DNA from: an uncultured Erysipelotrichaceae bacterium
GTDB lineage: Bacteria > Bacillota_I > Bacilli_A > Erysipelotrichales > Erysipelotrichaceae
Assembly (NCBI GenBank): GCA_942492995.1
Contig: OW818653.1
Coordinates: 660,001-692,000 of the forward strand
DNA length: 32,000 nt
Direction of reading: 5' to 3'
Positions within the stretch are counted from its first letter, which is position 1. Every line of letters begins with the position of its first letter. The notes beneath the pieces are model-generated. The model did not search any database and was not told the DNA's origin. It was given only the letters and a program-made list of their open reading frames with translations. This document shows positions 1-9,914 of the stretch, piece by piece. The position numbers were made by a program, and so were the translations under genes.

Positions 1-761
1 ATAATAATCTTTGATGGCTTCCATTGACCAAATATTAGAACTGCTAATGCTAAGAACCCATAACCAGAGACAACACCTGTATATTCTACAGTACTAGGAA
101 CAACAAGGATTAAACCACCCATTCCTGCTAAAGCTCCTGAAATCATAACACCAATATAACGCATACGATTTACATTGATACCTACTGAATCAGATGCTTG
201 AGGATGTTCACCACATGATCTTAAACGTAAACCAAAACGCGTTTTATACAGTACAAATGAGGATATCGCAAGAACAGCTATACCAATAAAGGTCGTGATA
301 TATGTATTTGTGAATAGAATTGGTCCAATAAACGGTATATCCGATAGAACTGGAATTGTTGCGATTCTAAATACATTATTGAACTTAACACCTTCAACAC
401 CCGTAGGCGTTACCATACGTGCAATAAATACATGGAATGAAGTCGCAAATAGATTTAAAGCTGTACCACTAATAACTTGATTTGCCTTAAGATTTACCGA
501 TGCATATGCATGTAATAGTGAGAAGATAACTCCACTAATTAGAGCAACCAATAAGGCTAAAATTAACATAATTTGTGGAGGGAAAGTGCCCTCAAAGAAA
601 TAGACAAAGAATATACCAATAGATGCACCAAATACCATAATCCCTTCTAAGGCAATATTTACAATCCCACTTCGCTCAGAGAACATACCACCCAACGCAA
701 CAACTGTTAAAGGTATCATGTATGGAATCATATTTTTAAGTAAGAATAATACTGTATCCAT
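1..761 (-). CDS. ABC transporter permease, NupQ/YufQ-like (BMP-family nucleoside uptake system); 3' end lies beyond the window start
   Basis: Not in the ORF track because it has no stop inside the window. My minus-strand translation from ATG 761..759 reads MDTVLFLLKNMIPYMIPLTVVALGGMFSERSGIVNIALEGIMVFG... and stays open and hydrophobic to position 1. The start overlaps the upstream permease stop (TAATG). It is the fourth gene of a lipoprotein-ATPase-permease-permease set. Confidence 0.85.
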   Translation of the reverse strand, partial: MDTVLFLLKNMIPYMIPLTVVALGGMFSERSGIVNIALEGIMVFGASIGIFFVYFFEGTFPPQIMLILALLVALISGVIFSLLHAYASVNLKANQVISGTALNLFATSFHVFIARMVTPTGVEGVKFNNVFRIATIPVLSDIPFIGPILFTNTYITTFIGIAVLAISSFVLYKTRFGLRLRSCGEHPQASDSVGINVNRMRYIGVMISGALAGMGGLILVVPSTVEYTGVVSGYGFLALAVLIFGQWKPSKII

Positions 762-1849
762 TATTTTGCCTCCTTCTTAGTAAAGAACTTTTTAATTTTA
801 TCTTTGAAAAGTAAAGAGAATGCACTCGCATAGATAATCGTTGAAGTCATAATACGAATAACTTCATCATTAAACCCAGCACGTGATAAGGATGAACCAG
901 CATTTCTTAACATACTTATAAAGAAGCTAGAGAAGATAATTCCAAGTGGACTACTTAAACCAAGTAACGCTACTGAAATACCATCTGTTCCTTCTCTTTG
1001 TAATGTCAAAGATTGATCAAACACTTTCGTAATACTCGAAATATAAACTAGAGCACCACCAAGACCTGCTAAAGCACCCGCAATCGTCATTGATAAGATA
1101 ATACCCTTCTTATCATTAATCCCTGCATATCGAGCTGCTTCACGATTATATCCACAAGCTTTAAGTTCATATCCAAAGCTTGTCTTCTCTAAAACAATAT
1201 AGATTATTATCGCAACAAATACAGCGATAAATATTCCGAAATCCACAGTATTCTTACCAAATATCATATCTAATCCAAATGTAGGAATTTGACTTAATGG
1301 AATTTGTGAACGTGAAGGATTAAATTTATCTTTAATCAAGAAAACAAGATTACTGACAGTTATCATCCCAATGTAATTAAGCATTATAGATGATATTACT
1401 TCATTTACATTTCGATAAGCCTTTAACACTCCACTTATCATACCCCAGAAACCACCAACTACAATTGAACCCAAAAGAGCTACAATCCACAAATATTCAA
1501 CTGGAATAAATGTCCATTTAATTGCGATATAAGCTGCCGCATAAGCACCCATTACAAATTGACCTGCAGCACCAATATTAAATAAACCTGTTTTAAATGC
1601 AAAGCCAACAGATAAACCAGTCAATAAAACCGGAGTAGTATAACGTAGTATAATTCCTAATCCTTTAATTCCGTTATATCGCATACCACCAGTGATAATC
1701 GTAATAAATCCTTCAAGTGGGTAAGTCGCTTTATCTTTTATCATTGTCGCAAACAAGAGAATTGCAAATCCAAAGATAAAACCAATAAGAATAGCCATTA
1801 ATGAAGCAAGAATTTTTTGAACATTGTCATTTAATAAGTACTTTTTCAT
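761..1849 (-). CDS. ABC transporter permease, NupP/YufP-like
   Basis: 362-aa polytopic membrane protein. ATGA overlap with the upstream ATPase gene. Its position in the cluster fits this role. Confidence 0.88.
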   Translation of the reverse strand: MKKYLLNDNVQKILASLMAILIGFIFGFAILLFATMIKDKATYPLEGFITIITGGMRYNGIKGLGIILRYTTPVLLTGLSVGFAFKTGLFNIGAAGQFVMGAYAAAYIAIKWTFIPVEYLWIVALLGSIVVGGFWGMISGVLKAYRNVNEVISSIMLNYIGMITVSNLVFLIKDKFNPSRSQIPLSQIPTFGLDMIFGKNTVDFGIFIAVFVAIIIYIVLEKTSFGYELKACGYNREAARYAGINDKKGIILSMTIAGALAGLGGALVYISSITKVFDQSLTLQREGTDGISVALLGLSSPLGIIFSSFFISMLRNAGSSLSRAGFNDEVIRIMTSTIIYASAFSLLFKDKIKKFFTKKEAK

Positions 1850-3372
1850 TGGACAACCTCTCTCTTAGAACCTGACATAAACAAACCAAGTTCTTGTTGA
1901 GTAACAACTGCGGGATCAGCTTGACCTACAATTTCACCTTCATACATAACCAAAATGCGATCACTAACAGTCATAACTTCACTTAATTCAAGCGAAATTA
2001 AAAGTATAGCTTTCCCTTTATCCCGTTCTTGAATTAGAATTTTATGGATATATTCTATTGCCCCAACATCTAATCCTCGCGTTGGTTGAACTGCAATTAA
2101 TAAATCAGGATTTATTTCAAGTTCACGAGCAACAATCGTTTTCTGTTGATTACCACCAGACATACTACGTGTAATCGAACGTGCTCCATTTCCACTTCGA
2201 ATATCATATTTCTCAATCAAATCATCAGCATTCTTGTAAATCGTACTAAATTTCAAAAATCCGTTTGATTGAAATTTATTCGTATAATAATCTTGTAGAA
2301 TTAAATTTTCTGCCACATTATAATCTAAAACTAAACCATGTTTATGTCTATCTTCTGGAATATGTGCTATCCCTTTTTGAGAGCGATGACGTATCGATTT
2401 ATTTGTGATATCTTCACCTTTATAAATGATAGAACCTGAAGATAATTTTTCTAGTCCAGTTAAACCATAAACAAGATCCGTTTGACCATTACCTTCAATA
2501 CCAGCAATACATAAAATTTCACCTTTACGTAATTTGAAGCTAACATCATTTACAACATTCTTCTCATGATGTTTAGATTTAATCGTCATATTTTTAACTT
2601 CTAAGATTACATCTGTTGGGACTGCAGGTTGCTTATCAACTTCTAATAAAACCTTACGACCAACCATTAATTCAGATAAAAACTCTTTTGAACTTTCACT
2701 TACATCAACTGTCGCAATATACTTACCTTTTCTAAGGATTGTTACGCGATTTGCAACTGCTTTTATTTCATTTAATTTATGTGTAATAAAGATAATTGTT
2801 TTACCTTCGTTTACTAACTCACGCATGATATTCATTAATTCATCAATTTCTTGCGGTGTTAATACAGCTGTAGGTTCATCAAAAATAAGAATATCATTTT
2901 CACGATATAACATTTTTAGAATTTCTACTCGTTGTTGCATACCTACAGATATATCTGAAATTAGACGATCTGGTTCGATAAATAAGTTATAGCGTTTTGA
3001 TAGTTCTATTACTTTCCTACGCGCCTCATCCATTATTAATCTACCATTTTTAACAGTTTCAACACCCAAAATAACATTTTCAAGTGCAGTAAAATTATGA
3101 ACTAATTTAAAGTGTTGATGCACCATACCAATCCCATAACGATTCGCATCATTTGGATTTTTAATGAACACTTCCTTTTCATTAATTATAATCTGACCTT
3201 TCTCTGGTTTATATAAGCCAAAAAGAACACTCATCAGTGTAGATTTACCTGCTCCATTTTCACCAAGCAAAGCATGAATCTCACCTTTTTTAATCTTAAG
3301 GCTAATATCATCATTTGCGATTATTCCTGGAAACATCTTGGTGATGTTTCTCATTTCTATAACATACTCCAT
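1846..3372 (-). CDS. ABC transporter ATP-binding protein with duplicated ATPase domains (NupO/RbsA-like)
   Basis: Walker A GENGAGKST, signature LSVGMQQRVEI and Walker B ILIFDEPT in the first half. A second cassette follows with GIEGNGQTD and LSGGNQQK. AAGGAG Shine-Dalgarno (SD) sequence upstream of the ATG. Confidence 0.93.
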   Translation of the reverse strand: MEYVIEMRNITKMFPGIIANDDISLKIKKGEIHALLGENGAGKSTLMSVLFGLYKPEKGQIIINEKEVFIKNPNDANRYGIGMVHQHFKLVHNFTALENVILGVETVKNGRLIMDEARRKVIELSKRYNLFIEPDRLISDISVGMQQRVEILKMLYRENDILIFDEPTAVLTPQEIDELMNIMRELVNEGKTIIFITHKLNEIKAVANRVTILRKGKYIATVDVSESSKEFLSELMVGRKVLLEVDKQPAVPTDVILEVKNMTIKSKHHEKNVVNDVSFKLRKGEILCIAGIEGNGQTDLVYGLTGLEKLSSGSIIYKGEDITNKSIRHRSQKGIAHIPEDRHKHGLVLDYNVAENLILQDYYTNKFQSNGFLKFSTIYKNADDLIEKYDIRSGNGARSITRSMSGGNQQKTIVARELEINPDLLIAVQPTRGLDVGAIEYIHKILIQERDKGKAILLISLELSEVMTVSDRILVMYEGEIVGQADPAVVTQQELGLFMSGSKREVVQ

Positions 3373-3392
3373 TAATTTACTCCTTTGAAGAA

Positions 3393-3421
3393 ATTATACA
3401 TTAACGAGTTAATTATGTCAT
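3393..3421 (-). promoter_or_regulatory. Putative sigma-A promoter for the ATPase/permease genes (-35 ATGACA, 17-nt spacer, -10 TATAAT)
   Basis: Minus strand reads ATGACAtaattaactcgttaatgTATAAT. It lies directly downstream of the lipoprotein-gene terminator and about 20 nt upstream of the ATPase ATG. Confidence 0.45.
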
Positions 3422-3427
3422 AAAGTT

Positions 3428-3458
3428 AAAAAAAAAGGTGAACTTTCGTCCACCTTTT
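3428..3458 (-). terminator. Rho-independent terminator after the BMP lipoprotein gene
   Basis: Minus strand reads AAGGTGGAC-GAAA-GTTCACCTT: a 9-bp stem with one G.U pair and a GNRA-type tetraloop, followed by a run of about 8 T. Confidence 0.8.
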
Positions 3459-3463
3459 TATAA

Positions 3464-4546
3464 TTATTCAGTACCTAATAATGTAACTGTTGTTTTAGTA
3501 ACAGCTAAGTCAGCAACAGAAGCAGCGTCTTTAACAACAACAACTTCACCACTAACTAATTTAGCATATACTGCATCGTAGTCAGCTTGAGTAAATGTTG
3601 CGAAACGTGAGAAGTCAGCAGGTAAGCCAACACCGTTCTTAGTAACATCTAAAGTATCGATAACTCCGCCTTTAAAGCTTCCAGCGTAGAAATCAGTTAA
3701 TGCACCATATACTGAAGTTGTTAAGCCCTTCATTGCGGAAGTAATAACAGTTTCAGATAAGTTGGATTGATCAACGTCAACACCGATAACTTTAGCGCCA
3801 GCTTCTTCAGCAGCAGCCATAACAGATAAGCCAGCACCACCAGCAGCAACGAAGATTGCTTCAACACCTTCTGAGTACCAACCTAAAGCTTTAACTTTAT
3901 GATTGTCATCTGGTGCGAAACTATTTAAGTATTCATATTTAATTGTTACATCAACGCCTAATTCAACAGCTGCAGCTTCTGCACCTTGAACAAAGCCATG
4001 ACCGAAACGTACTACTGCAGGAACAGCCATACCACCCATAAAGCCTAAGTTAGTATAACCATCTTTAACAGCAGCGAAACCAGCTAAATAACCTGATTGT
4101 TCTTCAGCATAATAGATTGAGTATACATTACTTTCAATTTTGAAAGTTGCATAGTCATCAGTATGTGGATCAGCATCTAATAAAATAAAGTTAACTTCTG
4201 GGTACATTGTTTGTGCTTCATAGATTGCACCAGCAAACATAAATCCAGGAGTAACAACAACTTTAGCACCACCTTCAACAGCAAGAGTGATAGCTTCAAC
4301 ATAGTCAGCAGTTGTAGCTGCAGCTGGTTGATAGTATTGGTAAGTCAATCCGTTTTCTTCAGCGTATTGAACAACACCTTCCCAAGCGCCTTGGTTAAAG
4401 GATTTGTCATCAATTGTACCAACATCAGTAACTAGACCGATTTCATAACCAGTTGGTTCTTCTTCCACTTCAGCTTTAGGTGCACATGCAGCTAAAGAAC
4501 TAAGTGTTAGAAATGCTATAGCAAATAAAACTAAAAGCTTCTTCAT
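3464..4546 (-). CDS. BMP-family (Med/PnrA/NupN-like) substrate-binding lipoprotein
   Basis: Signal peptide with lipobox LAAC (MKKLLVLFAIAFLTLSSLAAC). BMP-like core (GLVTDVGTIDDKSFNQ...). Located upstream of its ABC partners. Confidence 0.9.
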   Translation of the reverse strand: MKKLLVLFAIAFLTLSSLAACAPKAEVEEEPTGYEIGLVTDVGTIDDKSFNQGAWEGVVQYAEENGLTYQYYQPAAATTADYVEAITLAVEGGAKVVVTPGFMFAGAIYEAQTMYPEVNFILLDADPHTDDYATFKIESNVYSIYYAEEQSGYLAGFAAVKDGYTNLGFMGGMAVPAVVRFGHGFVQGAEAAAVELGVDVTIKYEYLNSFAPDDNHKVKALGWYSEGVEAIFVAAGGAGLSVMAAAEEAGAKVIGVDVDQSNLSETVITSAMKGLTTSVYGALTDFYAGSFKGGVIDTLDVTKNGVGLPADFSRFATFTQADYDAVYAKLVSGEVVVVKDAASVADLAVTKTTVTLLGTE

Positions 4547-4582
4547 TTCTTTTCCTCCGTAGTAGTTAAATCCTACATTTCA

Positions 4583-4611
4583 AGTTTAGACAAATTGATA
4601 CTCAAAGTCAA
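4583..4611 (-). promoter_or_regulatory. Putative sigma-A promoter of the lipoprotein gene (-35 TTGACT, 17 nt, -10 TAAACT)
   Basis: Minus strand reads TTGACTttgagtatcaatttgtcTAAACT. A GGAGGAAAAG SD sequence lies further downstream. Confidence 0.5.
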
Positions 4612-4618
4612 ATGATTA

Positions 4619-6724
4619 TTACTTATGATAGTAGACATCACGAGGTTTACTACCCTGTGCAGGTCCAACTACACCTTGTTCTTCTAAAATATCAATTAAA
4701 CGAGCTGCTCTATTATACCCCAATCCAAATCTTCTTTGAATGTTCGACGTAGAGGCACGTCCTGTCTCAATTATATAATTTTTTACTTCTTCAAATAATG
4801 GATCTTCGGAAGCCATATTGCCGGATGATCCACCCTCAGTTTCATTAAGAGTTAAGAATGCATCATCAAACTGTGGTTTTTGTTGCTGATTTACAAAATC
4901 AGTAACTTTACGTATTTCTTCATCAGTTACATATACACCTTGTACTCTTATCGGAGCAGGTTCACCAACTGGGAAAAATAACATATCACCATATCCTAAT
5001 AATCGTTCAGCCCCTATACCATCGATTATTGTTCTTGAATCGATTCCACTAGATACAGCAAATGCGATCCGTGACGGAATATTTGCTTTAATTATACCTG
5101 TGATTACATCAGTACTCGGTCTTTGTGTTGCTACAATTAAATGAATTCCTGCAGCTCTTGCAAGTTGCGTAATTCTTTGTATGCTTGCTTCAACTTCTTT
5201 TCCAGCAACAATCATCAAATCCGCTAATTCATCAATAATTACAACAATCCAAGGCATCGGTTCAAGTGTTTGATCTGTATTCTTCTGTAACATCTCATTA
5301 TAAGTTTGAATATTTCTAACGCCAACTTTTGAGAATATTTCATATCGATTCTCCATCATCATAACGATAACTTTTAATGCTCTTGCCGCTTCAGAAGCAT
5401 CAGAAATAACAGGAGAAATTAAGTGAGGTATTTTGTGATAAGGAGTAAATTCAACTTTTTTAGGGTCAATAAGTACTAACTTCAACTCATCAGGAGAAGT
5501 TCTTAATAAGAAATTAATGATTATTGAGTTAACACAAACGGATTTACCACTACCAGTTGCTCCAGCAATGAGTAAATGAGGCATTTTATCTAATTCAGAA
5601 TAGACTGATTTACCCATTAAATCTTTACCTAAAGGAAATAATAGTTTCTTAGATTGTTTATCAGGACTAATATCTTTGATTAATTCTGACATTCTAACTG
5701 GAATCATTTCAACATTTGGAATTTCAACTCCAACTGCATTTCTTCCTGGAATTGGAGCTTCTAAACGTAATTCTTTAGCTGCTAATTCCATCTTTATATT
5801 ATCTTGAAGTGATGCTATTTTCGATATTTTAACGTTACTATCAGGTCTTACTTCAAATTTAGTAACAGCTGGTCCAATATGCGTACCAACGAGTGTTGCA
5901 TTTACACCAAATTCACCTAAAATTTCGATAAGTTTTCTACCCTTTTGATTTGCTGCATTTGAATTCGCATTCGATTTATTTTTAACTACAACTTCATCAA
6001 GAACATTTAAACTCGGTAATGTATAATTACCAATTTTATGAATTGTTGCTGCTGATTTTGTTTTTACTTCTGAATCAATAAATTTAGTTTTTGATTTGGA
6101 TGGTTCATCCGGACTTAAGAATACAGTTTTTGATTGTACTGGTTCGTCATATGATTCATCAATGTAAGTTTCTTTCTTAATTTTGCGTTCAGTTTGTTTA
6201 GTACTAAACCAGTCTGATACAAACGAGAAATTAAAACTGAGTAAGAATAAAATAATTAAACTAATAACTAATGTAATTAACGTACCAATTCTGTCTAGTA
6301 AGTACGTTAAAATTGAATATAAAATTACTCCAAAAAATCCACCTTGGGATGAGAATTGCATTGAATAAATAAATCCAGAATCTTTAATCCATTTGTTTAA
6401 GACTTCAAATCCAATATCTGTTGTTGAATAACTAAAATAACTTGTTCCAACAAATAGAACTACAAATGTTAATCCAATTATTATTTTATGTTTCAAAGAT
6501 AATGTAGGTTTTTTGCGAATAAATATACGATATAAGGCATATATTGATAATGTTGCATACAGAATATCACGTCTAACACCAAAAAAGAAATTAATAAGTT
6601 GATCTAATTGTTCTCCGATAAATCCAAGTCTTTGAAAAGAGATGAAAATGATTGCTAATATAATTAGACAAATCATAATCACCTGACTGTGTTTAAAACT
6701 TACTTTACTTCGCTTTTTTGCCAT
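4619..6724 (-). CDS. ftsK: DNA translocase FtsK/SpoIIIE
   Basis: N-terminal transmembrane (TM) helices, a linker, and a motor domain with Walker A GATGSGKS and Walker B VVIIDELADL. C-terminal gamma winged-helix region (STSNIQRRFGLGYNRAARLID). Confidence 0.94.
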   Translation of the reverse strand: MAKKRSKVSFKHSQVIMICLIILAIIFISFQRLGFIGEQLDQLINFFFGVRRDILYATLSIYALYRIFIRKKPTLSLKHKIIIGLTFVVLFVGTSYFSYSTTDIGFEVLNKWIKDSGFIYSMQFSSQGGFFGVILYSILTYLLDRIGTLITLVISLIILFLLSFNFSFVSDWFSTKQTERKIKKETYIDESYDEPVQSKTVFLSPDEPSKSKTKFIDSEVKTKSAATIHKIGNYTLPSLNVLDEVVVKNKSNANSNAANQKGRKLIEILGEFGVNATLVGTHIGPAVTKFEVRPDSNVKISKIASLQDNIKMELAAKELRLEAPIPGRNAVGVEIPNVEMIPVRMSELIKDISPDKQSKKLLFPLGKDLMGKSVYSELDKMPHLLIAGATGSGKSVCVNSIIINFLLRTSPDELKLVLIDPKKVEFTPYHKIPHLISPVISDASEAARALKVIVMMMENRYEIFSKVGVRNIQTYNEMLQKNTDQTLEPMPWIVVIIDELADLMIVAGKEVEASIQRITQLARAAGIHLIVATQRPSTDVITGIIKANIPSRIAFAVSSGIDSRTIIDGIGAERLLGYGDMLFFPVGEPAPIRVQGVYVTDEEIRKVTDFVNQQQKPQFDDAFLTLNETEGGSSGNMASEDPLFEEVKNYIIETGRASTSNIQRRFGLGYNRAARLIDILEEQGVVGPAQGSKPRDVYYHK

Positions 6725-6725
6725 A

Positions 6726-8390
6726 TTATTCAGACAAATTAATCTCTACAATAACAGGTAATATCATCGGTCTTTTACCTGTTTCTTTGAGAATATATTT
6801 TGTCATCTTTTCCTTTGCTTCATTACGTGCATTCATATTATCATAGCGATTAGCTTCAACCATCGAATTAATTGTATTTTCCATTATATTCCCAACTTCT
6901 TTAACAATATAATCCGCATCTTTTAGATAAATAACACCACGTGATTGAACATCAGGACCACCAATTACTTCTTTAGTATTGAAGTTTAAGACAACACCTA
7001 TGACGATAACTCCATCTGTCGATAACAATTCACGATCTTTTAAGATTAAACCGCTCGAGTCTAAATGTGCATTTCCATCAATTAATATTTCTTCCAACTT
7101 CAATATATTAGCTGTATTATTTAGTTTACTATCTTTAAAAGTCGCAATTTGACCATTGTCCAATACTACAATTTTATCGGCGTAATAGCCCATATCCAGT
7201 GCAATCGTCGCATTATTAACAAGATGTCTATATTCACCATGAATTGGAATAAAGTATTTAGGTTTCAATAAGTAAACTAACATCTTAATATCTTCAATAG
7301 AAGCATGCATTGACACAACTTTTTTACGATCAAGCGAGAATACATTTACATCTTCTTTATATAATTCATTCTCCATTCGTCCAGCTTCACGTTCTGTTCC
7401 AGGGACAATTGGGGATGCAATAATCACAGTATCACTTGGACTTAAACTTATTAAGTCATCTTCACTCATTGCAATTTTATGCATTAGCTTAAACACTTGA
7501 GGACCACTACCAGATACGATGATCATCAAGTTTTCGATTGAATTATTGAATTTACTTTTTGGCAATTCTAAATCCAATGGCATTTTATAATAACCTAACG
7601 ATTCAGCTAAACGTAATAACTCTCTTTGTTCATCATTAAAGAACATAACTTTACGTTTGTACTTTTTAGCTAGTTCCAATAATTCGATTAATCTAAATAG
7701 ATTTTGTTCATACATCGTAACGAGAACTCTATTTTTTGTATCTTCAAGTATATCTTCAACAAATTCAGTAATACTGTGGTTTGGGGCAGTATAACCAGGT
7801 CTATCAGATCCAACTGATTCTGTTAATAATGCAAAAACACCCTTCTTACCAATATCCGCAAAACTTGTAATATCGCATGAAAATGCTTGATTACGTGTAT
7901 TAAAATCAATAATGTATTCACCAGCATATACGATATATCCAAAAGGACTTTCAATTGCTACACCAAATGCATCCGCAATTGAATGTGTCAAACTAAAAGT
8001 ACGAATATTAATTTTATTAATAGTTAATGTATCGTCTCTTTTTAGAACTTTTAATTGATAATTCGTAATCTTCTCTTCTTTAAACAATCGTTCAATTAAT
8101 TTAGCAGTTAAAGGTGCTGCAAAAATTGGTAAATCAGCTTGTTTTATTAAGTAAGGTAACGCTGACATAGCATCATCATGACCATGCGTTATAAATATTC
8201 CTTTAACTCTATTCTTATTTTCTATTAAATAAGTAAAGTCAGGAATTATAATTTCTACACCTAAACGATCCTTGTCAGGATATTTTAAACCTACATCAAT
8301 AACAAAAATATCTTGATTTATTTCAACAACGGTTAAATTCTTCCCGTCTTCATCTAATCCACCTAACGCAAAAATGCGTACTTCATTCAT
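6726..8390 (-). CDS. rnj: Ribonuclease J family protein, J2-like (motif 2 is HGHDDA)
   Basis: Metallo-beta-lactamase/beta-CASP architecture with landmarks THGHDDA, LTHSIADAFG, SMHAS and IPIHGEYRH. 554 aa. Located immediately upstream of ftsK. Confidence 0.9.
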   Translation of the reverse strand: MNEVRIFALGGLDEDGKNLTVVEINQDIFVIDVGLKYPDKDRLGVEIIIPDFTYLIENKNRVKGIFITHGHDDAMSALPYLIKQADLPIFAAPLTAKLIERLFKEEKITNYQLKVLKRDDTLTINKINIRTFSLTHSIADAFGVAIESPFGYIVYAGEYIIDFNTRNQAFSCDITSFADIGKKGVFALLTESVGSDRPGYTAPNHSITEFVEDILEDTKNRVLVTMYEQNLFRLIELLELAKKYKRKVMFFNDEQRELLRLAESLGYYKMPLDLELPKSKFNNSIENLMIIVSGSGPQVFKLMHKIAMSEDDLISLSPSDTVIIASPIVPGTEREAGRMENELYKEDVNVFSLDRKKVVSMHASIEDIKMLVYLLKPKYFIPIHGEYRHLVNNATIALDMGYYADKIVVLDNGQIATFKDSKLNNTANILKLEEILIDGNAHLDSSGLILKDRELLSTDGVIVIGVVLNFNTKEVIGGPDVQSRGVIYLKDADYIVKEVGNIMENTINSMVEANRYDNMNARNEAKEKMTKYILKETGKRPMILPVIVEINLSE

Positions 8391-8443
8391 TATATTTCCT
8401 CCTAAATAAACTTTAATTTAATTATAGCGTATAATCTCATCGA

Positions 8444-9880
8444 TTAAATAGAAATTTCTTCCCCTTTTAATGTCCAAGTATTCGCATTCGTTATTTTTAC
8501 TTTTACAATCATACCAGTTTTAGCATTCTTTGGTACAAAATTGACCAACTTATTTCCTTCAGTATAACCACTATACACATTTGAATCCCTTTTTGAGGGA
8601 CCATCTACTAAAATACTTTGAATTGTATCAATCATTTTCTTGTTGTTTGCTAATGCATAAGAAGAGACTTTTTGATTCAATATTTTTAATCGATTACGTT
8701 TAATCTCTAAACTTACATTATCATCCATTCTACTTGCTGGTGTACCAGAACGAGGTGAATAGATAAAAGTATAAACATTATCAAATTTACAATAATCAAT
8801 CATCTTAATTGTATCTTCGAATTGCTCATCAGTTTCATTAGGGAAACCAACAATTATGTCAGTCGAAAACGTAATGTTTTTTATCTTATCTTTTAATTGA
8901 TTAAATACGCTTAAATACTCATCTATAGTGTATCTTCTACCCATTATCTTAAGTATTTCATTATTTCCAGATTGAAGTGGTAGATGAACAAAAGGCATTA
9001 TATTGTCATATTTAGCGATAATATCAACCATTTTATTACTAAAATCCCAAGGATGACTGGTCATAAAACGAATTCGTTCTATATTTGTTTTCGCTACATC
9101 TTCAAGCAACTCCGCAAAAGAATAGACATCTCCAAGATCTTTTCCATACGCATTAACATTTTGACCTAATAAAGTAACTTCCTTATAACCATTTTGAATT
9201 AAAACGTTTATTTCTTCGAGAATATCATCCTTTAATCTTGAACGTTCTTTTCCACGCGTATAAGGAACAATACAATATGTACAAAATTTATCACAACCAT
9301 AGATTATATTAACCCATGCTTTTGTGTTCTGTTGACGAATAACAGGTAGATTTTCATAGATTTCACCTTCTTTAGAATACACTTCCACAACACGCTCTTT
9401 GTTAAAATGAGCTTGAATGAGTAATTCAGGGAATCGATGTATATTATGCGTTCCAAATATAATATCGATATGATGATATTTCTTTAATATTGTCTCTACA
9501 ACAACTTCTTCTTGAGCCATACATCCACATACTACAAACATTAAATCAGGATTCTCATATTTTAACTGTTTTAAATGTCCTATTTCACCGAATACATGAT
9601 TTTCCGCATTCTTACGAATCGCACATGTATTCATGATGATTAAATCAGCGAATTCAGGTTCTTTAACTTCGGAATATGACATTAATTCAAGCATTCCACG
9701 TAACGTTTCAGAATCTCTTTCGTTCGCTTGGCATCCATATGTTCTTAAATAGTATTTTTTATTAAAACCTAAATTCTTATATTCATCAGGTATATTAAAA
9801 AGTGAACGATCAATAATCGTTTCATCTTTCGATCTCTTTTGCGCATTTTTTAAATCTGGTTTAATAAACAATTGATTCAT
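8444..9880 (-). CDS. miaB: tRNA-i6A37 methylthiotransferase MiaB (start moved to the ATG at 9880)
   Basis: UPF0004 cysteines (GCQANE, NTCAIR, CGCMAQ), radical-SAM CDKFCTYC motif and a TRAM-like C-terminus. The track start at 9952 is a TTG inside the ferredoxin gene. The ATG at 9880 has an AAGGAA SD sequence and follows a terminator. Confidence 0.9.
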   Translation of the reverse strand: MNQLFIKPDLKNAQKRSKDETIIDRSLFNIPDEYKNLGFNKKYYLRTYGCQANERDSETLRGMLELMSYSEVKEPEFADLIIMNTCAIRKNAENHVFGEIGHLKQLKYENPDLMFVVCGCMAQEEVVVETILKKYHHIDIIFGTHNIHRFPELLIQAHFNKERVVEVYSKEGEIYENLPVIRQQNTKAWVNIIYGCDKFCTYCIVPYTRGKERSRLKDDILEEINVLIQNGYKEVTLLGQNVNAYGKDLGDVYSFAELLEDVAKTNIERIRFMTSHPWDFSNKMVDIIAKYDNIMPFVHLPLQSGNNEILKIMGRRYTIDEYLSVFNQLKDKIKNITFSTDIIVGFPNETDEQFEDTIKMIDYCKFDNVYTFIYSPRSGTPASRMDDNVSLEIKRNRLKILNQKVSSYALANNKKMIDTIQSILVDGPSKRDSNVYSGYTEGNKLVNFVPKNAKTGMIVKVKITNANTWTLKGEEISI

Positions 9881-9892
9881 CGTTGGTTCCTT

Positions 9893-9914
9893 AAAAAAAC
9901 CAAGCAGCGCTTGG
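9893..9914 (-). terminator. Short rho-independent terminator between the ferredoxin gene and miaB
   Basis: Directly after the ferredoxin TAA the minus strand reads CCAAGC-GCT-GCTTGG followed by TTTTTTT. Confidence 0.6.

Noticed and set aside
1148-1156. DnaA-box-like 9-mers (ATATCCACA at 1148..1156 and TTATCCACT at 27243..27251) as a hint of a replication origin
   Set aside because: They are single, imperfect, widely separated and inside coding sequences. There is no cluster, AT-rich unwinding element or dnaA/dnaN context.
3464-4546. Visibly higher GC content of the BMP lipoprotein gene as a sign of horizontal transfer
   Set aside because: The gene sits in its expected operon context. The composition shift is explained by an Ala/Gly/Val-rich, probably highly expressed protein. 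There are no flanking repeats, integrase genes or tRNA genes.
4547-4618. Riboswitch or T-box upstream of the nucleoside transporter lipoprotein gene
   Set aside because: The whole intergenic region is 72 nt, and the promoter and SD sequence take up most of it. That is too short for a purine riboswitch or any other known leader structure.
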